DNA of 64,000 bases, taken from an uncultured delta proteobacterium (GTDB lineage Bacteria > Desulfobacterota > Syntrophobacteria > BM002). The translations under genes and the position numbers were made by a program. The stretch covers positions 1 through 64,000 of the forward strand of contig CAVQGX010000026.1 of the NCBI GenBank assembly GCA_963712115.1. The letters run 5' to 3'. The notes below the pieces were generated by a model. That model saw only the letters and a program-made list of their open reading frames with translations. It did not search any database and was not told the origin of the DNA. Shown piece by piece: positions 9,839-19,304 of this stretch (positions are counted from its first letter, which is position 1; each line of letters begins with the position of its first letter).

Positions 9839-11068
9839 TCACTCTTCTTTTTTATCGTCCACCCCATCGATCACCAGCGAGTCGGCCACCAGTTCCCAGA
9901 GGTATTTCACCTCCACATCCATGAAGTCGTACTCTTGGCGAAGACTCTTCATGATCTGGTCACGGCAGTTGTGGCAAGGCGCTATGAGTAGCTTTGCTTC
10001 TGTATCCTTTATTTGTTTGGCCTTTACCCGGCCATAGTGAATGCGCTCCTTGGCATACGGCATGGCCCAGGCGCCTCCACCACCACCACAACAATAGTTG
10101 TTGGCCCGGTTGGGATGCATCTCGACATAATTATCCACACACTGCTGGGTAATCCAGCGCGGCTCCTCGTAGTAGCCGTGACCAAAGGTCTTCTCACTCT
10201 TCCTGGCGTAATTGCAGGGGTCGTGATAGGTGGTCAGCTCTGGGTGTTTGGATTTGTCTATTTTGATGCGGCCCGTTTCAATGTATTCCTTCAGTAGGTC
10301 ATGAACGCTCATGAACTTAACGTCCTCATCGGCGAACCACTGTTGCAGACCAAGCCTGGTCGCATAGTAGGCGTGGCCTCACTCCGGCAAGAGGAGATAC
10401 TCACATTCAAGTTTTTTGTAATTCTCCACAATCCTCCGAACAATCTCCTTCATGGAGTCATCATCGCCGGTGAAAAGACCCCAGTTCACCCCCTCCCAGT
10501 TTTCCGAGGTGGTGGTCCAGGATTCTTTGGCCGCGTAAAATATTTTCCACCAGAAGAACATATCTTCGGGCTCGGCAAAGGGCTCCTTGGAATTGATGGT
10601 CACCATGATTCTGGCACCCTTCTTGTCCACCGGAACCTCAAAGCCCGGTAACTCCTCTGCCAGTTCGGCGCCCAGGTCCTCCAGGAGGAAAAGGTAGTCC
10701 TCTTTGGGAATTCCCATATTGTTGCCTGTTTTCAGGCACATCTCCACTCCCTTGTGCATTACCCCGGGAACCTTGTCCCGAGCCCGCAGGGTCCGGGCCG
10801 AGCGCATCATTTTGTTGAGATCGATATTCATGGGACATGCTTGCTCGCAGCGGCCACAGATCGTGCAGATCCAGGGGAAGCGCGAATCAATGAGCTCCTG
10901 ATCCAAGCCAAGCAGGGCCATGCGCACCGCCTTGCGCATGTCCAACCCGTCTACTCCGGTGACAGGACAACCTCCAGCGCAGGTACCACAGGTGAGGCAT
11001 AAGTCGGGATATTCTCCCGCCAGTCGCCGTTTTTCCCTTTTGTCAAGAACGATAGTTTCGCCTTGCAT
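9839..11068 (-). CDS. HdrD/DsrK-like Fe-S oxidoreductase (2x4Fe-4S + CCG domains) containing selenocysteine, 409 aa
   Basis: ORFs 10379-11068 and 9839-10312 are in the same frame, separated only by TGA 10381-10379 in LLPE-U-GHAYY (family motif ECGH); CLTCGTCAGGCP, TYHDPCN, YCCGGGGG, PCHNC. Confidence 0.9.
10343..10364 (-). promoter_or_regulatory. Putative SECIS hairpin of the CCG-domain gene
   Basis: mRNA UGC-GACCA-GGCU-UGGUC-U-GCA: stem with bulged U and G-rich loop about 15 nt after UGA. Confidence 0.7.
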
Positions 11069-11171
11069 GAGCTTCCTCCTAACAAGATTTTCTTTTTCCC
11101 TCCTGCTGCAAGGTTACGCAGTTTGAGGGTGGGCGCAGTTCAAGGGGCAGATTTTGTCTTCCCTTGTAATC

Positions 11172-11187
11172 AGCAAACCTTGTGCCT
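11172..11187 (-). promoter_or_regulatory. Sigma54 (-24/-12) promoter
   Basis: Minus strand AGGCAC-AAGGT-TTGCT about 105 nt upstream of the CCG gene, followed upstream by an AT-rich (IHF-like) tract. Confidence 0.7.
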
Positions 11188-11406
11188 AATAGGCTAAAAA
11201 TAAAAAAATACATTAATATCAATAATATAAGCTAATGAATGGGGCGACACCAGCAGGTGGTCAGCGGGGGGAATGCCCCACCCTATGGTAAGATGGACAC
11301 TTAATATATTAATATTACTAGATTATTTTATAACTGGGTAAAAATGCCTCAAACGTTACCAATTTACCCGCAAGGATTGCAAGGCGGTTGGTGCTTTTTT
11401 CAGCAG

Positions 11407-11437
11407 AAAAAAACCCCGCTCTGACGAGCGGGGTTTT
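11407..11437. terminator. Intrinsic terminator downstream of cooS
   Basis: A7-CCCCGCTC-TGAC-GAGCGGGG-T4. Confidence 0.85.
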
Positions 11438-11477
11438 GCTTTCTAAGTTTTTGTTTGTAGATGCCGATGATTAGGCA

Positions 11478-13466
11478 CTATTCTATATCACCCGCTTCAA
11501 CCTCCAGGGCCATGCGATCCGCCATATCCATGAGCACGCGCTCGCGCTCACCCATAATGCCCAGAGCCTCACGCTTTTTGTCGATGTGGTCGATCATCAG
11601 ATGGGCCATCTCGTAGGGATCTTTGGCAAAACCCCACTTGCCCAGACCCTGCTTCTCCAAACCGTCAAAGAGCAACTTGTGGAACTTGGTCTCGGCTATG
11701 GTGGGAAAGGTCACACCAAAGACGGTATACACCCCCGAGGCCACAACATACTGACCAATGCTGATGGCCTTTTCGCTCATCCACTCAGGCGCAGCCCCGG
11801 CCACCGGCAGATCTGCTATGGTTTCACCCAAACCACCGGTCTTCACCATTTCAGCACAGGCAATGAGGATCCGGCTATTGTCCACGCAGGAGCCCAGACC
11901 CAGTACAGGCGGCATACCAACGGTCTCACAAACCTCCTGCAAACCATCACCTGCCAGCACCGAAGCATCAGGCTTCATCAACCCGGCCTTGGCCAGTGAT
12001 ATCTGGGAGCAACCCGTCTGTACCACCAGAACATCATTTTTGATCAGCTCTTTCACCAACTCAACATGCACATAGTCATGCCGCACCCTGGGATTGGTGC
12101 AACCAACCACACCGGCAACTCCCCTGATCCGGCCGTTGATGATGTTGTCATTCAAGGGCACATAAGAAGCCCTGAAGGTGCCACCAAGCATGTAGTTGAT
12201 GTACTCGTGGCTGAAGCCGTGTATCCCCATAGACTTGTTCTGAGGGATGACTATCTTGGCCTTGCGATTCTTAAACCGCTTGATCCCCTCCTTCACCACC
12301 TTGTCCGTGCATGGGCGGGGCTTGTGGTCATTAAACTCAATGTGCTCAGCTCCCTCAATGTGCGCCCGGGGATTGGTAGTGAAAAACCTGGTGCCGTAAC
12401 AGTCGGCTAATGACTGGAGAGACTGTTTGATGCACTGGACATCCACCGCCATGGCATCCACCGCACCGGTGATCAAAATGGTCTCGGTGCTCATGAAATT
12501 TCCCGCATGGGGAATCCCGTGACGGCTCAATACCTCAGCACCAGAACAACACATACCCAAAAGATTTATACCCTCGGCTCCGGCTGCCTTGGCCTCTTCC
12601 AACAGCTTGGGATCATTTACCGAGGCAATCATGGACTCGAACATGTTGGGCTCATGGCCGTGGACAATGATATTTACCTGCTTCTCATCCAAACAGCCCA
12701 TGTCAACCCCAGCCAGTACCGGAGAGGGCGTGCCGAAAAGAATGTCAGAGATCTCTGTGGCCACCATGGATCCACCCCAACCATCGGCAAGGGCGGTGCG
12801 GGAGCACTGCTTAACCACGTTCTCGTAGTCCTGATCCACTCCCATATGCGTCCGGTGCATAATCTCCATGATCTCACGCATAGCTCCCCGGGGAACTATG
12901 CCCAATTCGCGCCATTTGGCCAGGGTCTTGGGTGGTACCCGCGAAACAAAGGGAATCTCTCCCTCAACCTGGGTGTAGGTGCGCTCCAACTCATGATAAA
13001 GATCAGTGGCTACCTCTTTAATCTCTCGACCCGCAGTCTCAATGCCGACTGACTCCGCCACGTCCACAAGCTTCTGCTCGTCTTTGATCTGGTAGTCCTT
13101 AATCTCGCCTCTCACCACTCCCCGAAACACATCCAGCATGCTCATGCCGTGGTCCGTATGGGCTGCGGCGCCACTGGCCACCATCCGAGCAAAGTTGCGC
13201 GAGGCGATGGTGTCGATGGTTGCACCGCAAACGCCCGTTTTGCCATAGGGATCCTTGGACGATAGCCGGCAGGGACCCATGGAGCAGTGCTTACAACAGG
13301 CAGAGTCCGCCCCAATGGGACAGGCCTTCATGTCTGCCGCCCGGTGAAAGGCAGTCTCTACACCGTCTTCCGCTGCCTTACGCAACATCTGCTGGGTGGA
13401 TTTGCAGGTAGTTACCTCCGCAATGGACAATTCCTTCTTCTTTTTCTCTTTGACTTCCTCTGCCAT
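11478..13466 (-). CDS. cooS: Anaerobic Ni-Fe carbon monoxide dehydrogenase catalytic subunit
   Basis: CCKHCSMGPC, VCGA, HTDH, HGHEP, GMCCSG, DVQC, VVGCTNP, GSCVDNSR, EWMSEKA. Confidence 0.96.
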   Translation of the reverse strand: MAEEVKEKKKKELSIAEVTTCKSTQQMLRKAAEDGVETAFHRAADMKACPIGADSACCKHCSMGPCRLSSKDPYGKTGVCGATIDTIASRNFARMVASGAAAHTDHGMSMLDVFRGVVRGEIKDYQIKDEQKLVDVAESVGIETAGREIKEVATDLYHELERTYTQVEGEIPFVSRVPPKTLAKWRELGIVPRGAMREIMEIMHRTHMGVDQDYENVVKQCSRTALADGWGGSMVATEISDILFGTPSPVLAGVDMGCLDEKQVNIIVHGHEPNMFESMIASVNDPKLLEEAKAAGAEGINLLGMCCSGAEVLSRHGIPHAGNFMSTETILITGAVDAMAVDVQCIKQSLQSLADCYGTRFFTTNPRAHIEGAEHIEFNDHKPRPCTDKVVKEGIKRFKNRKAKIVIPQNKSMGIHGFSHEYINYMLGGTFRASYVPLNDNIINGRIRGVAGVVGCTNPRVRHDYVHVELVKELIKNDVLVVQTGCSQISLAKAGLMKPDASVLAGDGLQEVCETVGMPPVLGLGSCVDNSRILIACAEMVKTGGLGETIADLPVAGAAPEWMSEKAISIGQYVVASGVYTVFGVTFPTIAETKFHKLLFDGLEKQGLGKWGFAKDPYEMAHLMIDHIDKKREALGIMGERERVLMDMADRMALEVEAGDIE

Positions 13467-13552
13467 AACACACCTCCAAATTAAGGTCCTTTACGATTTA
13501 TGAAGATCCTTTTGAATGCCATAAGTGCACTTAGACCGCGGGCAGTTTCAGT

Positions 13553-13897
13553 CTAATGATATTCGTGGGTTCCTAACACTACAGGTATTTGGAACTTGTT
13601 CTCCAGTATCTGGGCAAACTGTTCAGCAGTACCGTAGGGACAATCCGGCTTTGCATTCACCAAGCACGAGCTCAAGTGAATTACATCCGGCTGGATTTCC
13701 GACATTTTCATGGCGACCCCAGCGTTGGCTGCCAGGCTGCGTCCTGGGCACTCGCAGGTGACTAGGGAAATTACTTGAGACGGTTGGTCGAATTTTCCTT
13801 CACCCAAAGCCGCAGCCTTGAGACACCGCCATTCTCCAGCGCAGCCATATCCGCTGTCCATGTACGCTCCACAACCAACTACCATGACCTTCTTCAT
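13553..13897 (-). CDS. CGGC-domain small Cys-rich protein
   Basis: MKKVMVVGCG...GCAGEWRC...TCECPG...IHLSSC...CPY...VVLGTH; RBS AGGAGG before ATG 13897. Confidence 0.8.
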   Translation of the reverse strand: MKKVMVVGCGAYMDSGYGCAGEWRCLKAAALGEGKFDQPSQVISLVTCECPGRSLAANAGVAMKMSEIQPDVIHLSSCLVNAKPDCPYGTAEQFAQILENKFQIPVVLGTHEYH

Positions 13898-14047
13898 TGG
13901 GAACCTCCTTCGAACATCCATTCATTGCCCTTCTTTTTAGAAAGCCACATTGTCATTTGTTTTGTCAAGAAAAATATAACTTAATTAATACAAGTTATAT
14001 TAACATTGACGTTTATAAGTTATATGGTGAAATTGGGTATAAGAAAG

Positions 14048-14076
14048 AAAAAACCCGCTCCAAGGAGCGGGTTTTT
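14048..14076. terminator. Intrinsic terminator
   Basis: A6-CCCGCTC-CAAG-GAGCGGG-T5. Confidence 0.85.
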
Positions 14077-14111
14077 CGTCGGGCGGTATTGTGGATCTTA
14101 ATTAGGCTGGT

Positions 14112-14306
14112 TTATCCGTTGTGATAGCCTTTACCGCAAAAGGGGCTTGCTTCCATTGCGAGGGTGTTGCACTCGAGGTGTCTTCTGGCGTCCTCTTTCA
14201 TGGAGCGCCACATTATGTAATCATCCTCTTCGGGCCAGATTTCTATGCCCGGGCCTTCCCAACCAGAATGCATTGTTCTCGCATCTTTATCATTACGATT
14301 TTCCAT
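14112..14306 (-). CDS. Small hypothetical protein (64 aa)
   Basis: RBS AGGAGG, upstream TTGACC-17-TAAGTT promoter-like sequence, downstream terminator. Confidence 0.6.
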   Translation of the reverse strand: MENRNDKDARTMHSGWEGPGIEIWPEEDDYIMWRSMKEDARRHLECNTLAMEASPFCGKGYHNG

Positions 14307-14440
14307 CGTAGTTACCTCCTGTATGTAAACCTTAAGGTTTAGCTAAACTTAAGCATTCCTGGATTTTCGGTCAAGGGATGGAGGGGGAATAACCGAGGTA
14401 TGTTTAGCTAGGCTTTTGGTGGATTCGGCCTCTTTAATAT

Positions 14441-14596
14441 TTTGAATATCGAATACCCGCCCGCCTCGCCTGAGCGGCTTGCGATGGCGGGCAGGTCGAA
14501 CAAGGAATTTCGAACAGCAGAAGTTTTTGAAAGCAGTAAGACAATGTATTTCACTTCGATATTCTGCGGTTCCTTGCTCTTCGGTTCTGCGGTTCA
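14441..14596. repeat. Heptamer-built palindrome (GAAYNNN / NNNGTTC) with nested GC-rich hairpin
   Basis: gaatatc gaatacc [cgcccgcctcgcc...ggcgggcagg] cgaacaag gaatttc ... ttctgcg gttcctt gctcttcg gttctgcg gttc. Confidence 0.65.
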
Positions 14597-14633
14597 TATT
14601 CTCGAGAACGTAATAGCTGAGATTAGTAGTTTT

Positions 14634-15830
14634 CTAATGGTATGCATCCCGGTACAGATGTTTTCGGGTGAGGGGCAGTTCATTATTCAACCCGTTGGAG
14701 AAAAGAATTTGATAGAGGCGGGAACTTCCGTATTTGAATCCCGCCGAGGAAGCGTTGAGAAACAACCTCCACATGCGGACGAAGGGTTCATCGAACATTT
14801 GCTTCACTCGTTCGAGATTTTTTTCATAGTTGTCTGCCCAGCGGTCCAAAGTGTGAGCGTAATGAAGACGCAAATTTTCCACGTCTAGTAAGGAGAACCC
14901 AGCCAGGCCCATTGCCCGAACAATCTCGGTTAAATTTGGAATATAGCCCCCTGGAAAAATGTATCTTAATATCCAAGGATCACCTGGAGACTCAGTTACT
15001 TTACCGATGGTGTGCAGGAGCCCTATTCCTCCTTTTTTCAAAAGCCTCGAAAGCTCCTTCATAAACACCGGAATGAATGCTTTCCCCACGTGCTCGAACA
15101 TTCCAATGGAGACAAACTTGTCAAATTCTCCATCAATCTCACGGTAATCGGCCAAAGCCACCTTTATACTGTTGTGCAAATCGAGTTCCTCGATTTTCCT
15201 GTTCGCCCTTTCATACTGATTATAAGAAAGGGTGATTCCCAGACCGTTGGCTCCGTAATTCTGTGCGGCATAAATAAGCATTCCTCCCCATCCGCAGCCA
15301 ATGTCCAGCAACTTTTCTCCAGGCCGAAGCTTCAGCTTACGACAAATATGTTCATACTTATTTAGCTGCGCCTGCTGGAGGCTATCTCTCTCGCTGGTAA
15401 AATAGCCGCAGGAGTAAGTAAGAGTCTGGTCAAGAAAAAGTTGGTAGAACTCATCACCAAGATCGTAATGATACTCAATGTTTTGTGGAGCTCGACCCAA
15501 GGTATTTCTTGTTGCCAGGGAATGGGCGAGAAGCCGGACATTTTGCCAGAAAGATAGATTTCGCCTGTCATACCTGAGGCAAATCCCTAAACGCAACAAT
15601 TCTTGCAGATCGCCCTCAACTTCGAGATCACCGGCCATATAAGCCTCACCAAACCCCAGGAATCCGTTGCAAAGTAGCTGTTTGGCACCTTCTTTTGATC
15701 TGAACCGCAGGATCATTTCTGGGTGGTTACCGTAAGCGATTGTTTCTCCGTCCCAGAATTCAAATGCGAAACGGGAGCGAGGATCGGCGGAGTGCATGAG
15801 GTTAGCTATATTGATTAATGATCTTTTCAC
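14634..15830 (-). CDS. cfa: Cyclopropane-fatty-acyl-phospholipid synthase family methyltransferase
   Basis: HYDLGD, YSCGYF, LDIGCGWGG, SIGMFEHVG, YIFPGGYIP, HYAHTL. Confidence 0.92.
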   Translation of the reverse strand: MKRSLINIANLMHSADPRSRFAFEFWDGETIAYGNHPEMILRFRSKEGAKQLLCNGFLGFGEAYMAGDLEVEGDLQELLRLGICLRYDRRNLSFWQNVRLLAHSLATRNTLGRAPQNIEYHYDLGDEFYQLFLDQTLTYSCGYFTSERDSLQQAQLNKYEHICRKLKLRPGEKLLDIGCGWGGMLIYAAQNYGANGLGITLSYNQYERANRKIEELDLHNSIKVALADYREIDGEFDKFVSIGMFEHVGKAFIPVFMKELSRLLKKGGIGLLHTIGKVTESPGDPWILRYIFPGGYIPNLTEIVRAMGLAGFSLLDVENLRLHYAHTLDRWADNYEKNLERVKQMFDEPFVRMWRLFLNASSAGFKYGSSRLYQILFSNGLNNELPLTRKHLYRDAYH

Positions 15831-15941
15831 TGTTTACTCCTTGTTCCTTTGAGTAAACAAAATGTTATCCGGGCTAAAAGCCCGCCAGCGCGACATCTCT
15901 CAGACAGTTCTTTCAAGCTCATTCTAGCTTGCAGACAACGG

Positions 15942-16325
15942 TCAGATTAGTCTTACCGGCTTGACGGAAGTGTTTGCCTCTAGAGCTCGGTGAATCGCCA
16001 ATTTGAGTTCAGTTAGATCGAATGACTTGACCACATAGTAATTTGCCGCAATGGATTTCCGGTCATATTTATAAGTGTCGTAGGCAGTGCATAGAATAAC
16101 CGGTAGGTCGTGATGGTTATTGCGGACCTCCTGGAGCAGTTCAAGGCCATCATAGTCAACGAGTTTGATGTCGAGAACCACTACCTCCGGCTTAAGATTG
16201 TCGATTGTTTTCAGGAGGTCATGTCCCGTTGCTGTCGTCCAGACCCTATGGCCTGCATCTGCCAATTCCTCGGAGTAAAACCGGCGGATGTGCTCCTCAT
16301 CATCCACCAGTAGTATTCTTGCCAT
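15942..16325 (-). CDS. Single-domain response regulator
   Basis: LLVDDE, VLDIKL, LCTAY, VVKS. Confidence 0.88.
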   Translation of the reverse strand: MARILLVDDEEHIRRFYSEELADAGHRVWTTATGHDLLKTIDNLKPEVVVLDIKLVDYDGLELLQEVRNNHHDLPVILCTAYDTYKYDRKSIAANYYVVKSFDLTELKLAIHRALEANTSVKPVRLI

Positions 16326-16421
16326 CTTATTTCCTTCTCAAATCAACTCCCCATAATGGATCTCTTTTAGTCAATCTTCACTGAAAGACCATTTAAGTGC
16401 AGGAGAGACTCAACCTGAAGC

Positions 16422-16675
16422 TTATCTGTAAAGGTCTCTCATGATCGCCTCATAATCCTTGGTTATTCTTTGGTACATCTTTGCGTTTTCGATGGCAATG
16501 GCACCTGTTTCTGCGAGAACCTCGGCTGAGTTGATTTCTTCTTCTGAGAATTCCCGAGGATCAGGTGTATAGAGCCTCATTACGCCGATAACCCTTCCCT
16601 TTATGCGCAGTGGTACCGAGATAATACTGGCGATACCTTCCTCCTCGACTCTCGGGTCCTCAGCAGCATTTGAGT
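16422..16675 (-). pseudogene. Truncated GAF-domain gene remnant
   Basis: Minus strand reads NAAEDPRVEEEGIASIISVPLRIKGRVIGVMRLYTPDPREFSEEEI...GAIAIENAKMY...* with an in-frame stop and no start codon upstream. Confidence 0.65.
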
Positions 16676-17230
16676 TTCATCCAGGCGCAACGCCCAATGA
16701 ATGTTTAGCAGTGACTTTTAGAAGATTTCAATGACGAGGTCTGGCCTGGGCTGTTGGAAAGGATAGGCAAAGTCGCAGAAGTCAGGAACCAGCAGAGGTC
16801 GGGTAAATAAAAACAATAACATCGGAAACAGAGGAGATTAATATATTCTACAATGACTTGGAGCTGAATACATTCGGCGGTGCGCTCGACAACGTAAAAA
16901 GCCGTATTTGCAATAATCCCAATAGAACAAAGAATGTTCCATTGAGATTACCATGGGCACATTTTCAAATTCATTTCCTACCCCAATAATGTGCCAAAAT
17001 TTGCAGCAGTACCTAACTTAATAGGATACGACCGAGTCAAAGAACCTGTCAACATTATTCGGTAGGATTCACAAAGCGTATCTGTCTTAAATAAGTCATA
17101 AGTAAAATGAGCTTCTTTAATGCCCCTCTGTAATGTACTTGAATGAATGTCAGAGTAGATTGAGTTGTTATAGAAAGTGGTTTAATTGGCCGGGACTCAG
17201 CTATGTAATTTCTGCGAATCAGTCATCTAA

Positions 17231-17422
17231 CTATTTTATACCATCTTCCGCATTTTTCACCGCCTCTCTGGCTTTTGAAACCAGGCCGTCAAACTCCTCA
17301 GATCGAGAGGTATCCAAGCTACCTCGTCCCATTTGTACGGCTTTATCAAAAACATTTTCCGTATCGATGTGGTTAAGCAAAGCTTTAGTGGCCTCGAGCA
17401 GTCGCAGGTATTTTTCGTCCAT
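17231..17422 (-). CDS. Small hypothetical protein (63 aa, helical)
   Basis: RBS AAGGGGAG before ATG; protein-like composition. Confidence 0.55.
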   Translation of the reverse strand: MDEKYLRLLEATKALLNHIDTENVFDKAVQMGRGSLDTSRSEEFDGLVSKAREAVKNAEDGIK

Positions 17423-17444
17423 CTTTCTCCCCTTTCTCAGATCG

Positions 17445-17522
17445 AGGTTTCAGTGTTCAGGTTTCAGGTTTCAGCTTCTATTTTTCTTTTTCCTGACACC
17501 TGACACCCGACACCTGAAACCC
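17445..17522. repeat. Heptamer palindrome family TTCAGGT/ACCTGAC
   Basis: ggtttcagtgttcaggtttcaggtttcag ... cctgacacctgacacccgacacctgaaacc; related copies at 19213-19277, 36116-36250, 51753-51798. Confidence 0.85.
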
Positions 17523-17592
17523 TAGGATTTGATGCTTAATGAAGTGTATAAGATCATCCCTAGGACAGCAATAGTGAACTGTGCTATGGTGT

Positions 17593-17792
17593 TACCCTAA
17601 CGTTGCATACCCAAACCGGTAAAAATCGCTGCGCTCGGTTGATAGTCCCGCCCGTGGCGGGATGAGCGTGCTCGCCTCGGACAGGATCTCACGTACGGTC
17701 AAGTACTGTTCATCCTATCCCAACCTGCGCGCGCTCACATTTGGCGCACTCTGACGCGTTTTTCCTCGGCGTGGGTATGTAACATTAGGGTA
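17593..17792. mobile_element. MITE-like element, 200 bp, 21-bp terminal inverted repeats
   Basis: TACCCTAACGTTGCATACCCA ... TGGGTATGTAACATTAGGGTA (19/21 match), non-coding interior. Confidence 0.65.
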
Positions 17793-17797
17793 TACTC

Positions 17798-18895
17798 ATG
17801 AAGTTCCTCTTTCTTGAACCATTCTACGGCGGCTCCCATCGAGACTTTGCCGATGGCTGGGTCCAACATTCCCGCCACCGGCTCGACCTCATCACCCTCC
17901 CCGCCCGTTTCTGGAAATGGCGGATGAGAGGGGCCGCGCTCCACTTTGCCAAGAAGGTGCAAAGCCCGGCAGACTACAGAGGTTTGATTGCATCTAACCT
18001 GATGAGTCTTTCCGACCTGAAAGCGCTATGGGGAGCGGATTGTCCTAATGCTCTGGTATATTTCCATGAAAATCAGCTTTCCTATCCTTTGCCTCCCGGT
18101 GAAACCATGGATTACCAGTTTGGCTTCACCGACATAACCACCGGGATCGTAGCAGACAGATTGCTTTTCAACTCAAAAACCCACATGGATACTTTTTTCG
18201 ACGCTCTCCCCGGATTCATTGGGATGATGCCGGAATATCGGCCAAATTGGGTCGTGGATCAGATTCGGGCAAAAGCGGCAGCCCTGTATCCCGGCTGCAA
18301 TTATCCGGCAGGTCCAGCTAATCTGAGTCCGTGGGACCTCTCCAATCCTCCCCTGATTATCTGGAACCACAGGTGGGAATTTGACAAGCGTCCCGAAATC
18401 TTTATCGCAGCTCTCGGGGAGGTTTTATCTCTCGGGCACGAATTTCGCCTGGCACTCCTGGGAGAAAATTTTCAGCTGGTGCCCAAACCATTGCTGACCG
18501 CCAGGGAAAAGTTGGGGAATAGGGTGGTTCAATATGGTTACGAACCCTCAAAGGAAAAATACAGGGAGTGGCTAAGGCAGGGTGTAGTTGTAGTTAGCAC
18601 AGCAATCCAGGAGAATTTCGGCATCTCGGTGGTAGAGGCAATACGATACGGTTGCTATCCTCTTCTGCCCAAAAATCTTGTTTACCCGGAATTAATCCCC
18701 CAAAAGCATCATGATGATTGCCTATACAGCAGCCACGAGGAATTGGTGGAAAAACTGTGCCTGATCCTGACAAATCCAGGGCAATACCGGGACAAGAGGG
18801 AAGACCTTGCAGATCACATGGAGCAGTACTCATGGGAGCTGGTCATCGACAAATACGACAATGAGCTTGATCTGCTGGGGCGCGTACCCCATTAG
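17798..18895 (+). CDS. GT4-type glycosyltransferase with DUF3524 N-terminus (GTDC1/QTMAN-like)
   Basis: LEPFYGGSH, LPARFWKWRMRG, YFHENQLSYP, WNHRWEFDK, ENFGISVVEA. Confidence 0.85.
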   Translation: MKFLFLEPFYGGSHRDFADGWVQHSRHRLDLITLPARFWKWRMRGAALHFAKKVQSPADYRGLIASNLMSLSDLKALWGADCPNALVYFHENQLSYPLPPGETMDYQFGFTDITTGIVADRLLFNSKTHMDTFFDALPGFIGMMPEYRPNWVVDQIRAKAAALYPGCNYPAGPANLSPWDLSNPPLIIWNHRWEFDKRPEIFIAALGEVLSLGHEFRLALLGENFQLVPKPLLTAREKLGNRVVQYGYEPSKEKYREWLRQGVVVVSTAIQENFGISVVEAIRYGCYPLLPKNLVYPELIPQKHHDDCLYSSHEELVEKLCLILTNPGQYRDKREDLADHMEQYSWELVIDKYDNELDLLGRVPH

Positions 18896-19300
18896 GGTCC
18901 AGGTCAGAATTAAATGGCTTTGCCGGTAAAGATATGAGCTGTTTTGGATTACTGGAGTGACCAAAAATTCCAAATAGCAAATCACAAATCCCAAACAAAT
19001 TACAATGACCAAAATTCAAAATTCCAAACCTGTTTTCTGTTTTGGTCATTAGATATTGGAATTTGAGATTTGTTTGTAATTTGGTGCTTGGAGTTTGGGA
19101 TTTCATAGACTCTACCATTCCATTGCTCCAGCAGCCTCCCGTATAAAGATATGACCCTAAAGACTCCCTCCAGGGGCACTCAAAGCCAGGTCCTTCCCAG
19201 CATAAATGACTAAGGTTTCAGTGTTCAGGTTTCAGCTTTTTTGTTTCTCTTTCCTGACACCTGAACCTGACACCCTGGAATTTGGTGCTTGGAGTTCGGG
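18890..19300. repeat. Composite nested repeat region
   Basis: Outer element shared with 29367-29592, inner AAATYCC/TTGGRAT heptamer palindrome (18962-19103), then a TTCAGGT/ACCTGAC copy. Confidence 0.75.
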
Positions 19301-19304
19301 ATTT

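Noticed and set aside
16982-16998. Minus-strand sigma54 promoter TGGCAC-ATTAT-TGGG
   Set aside because: The -12 GC dinucleotide is missing.
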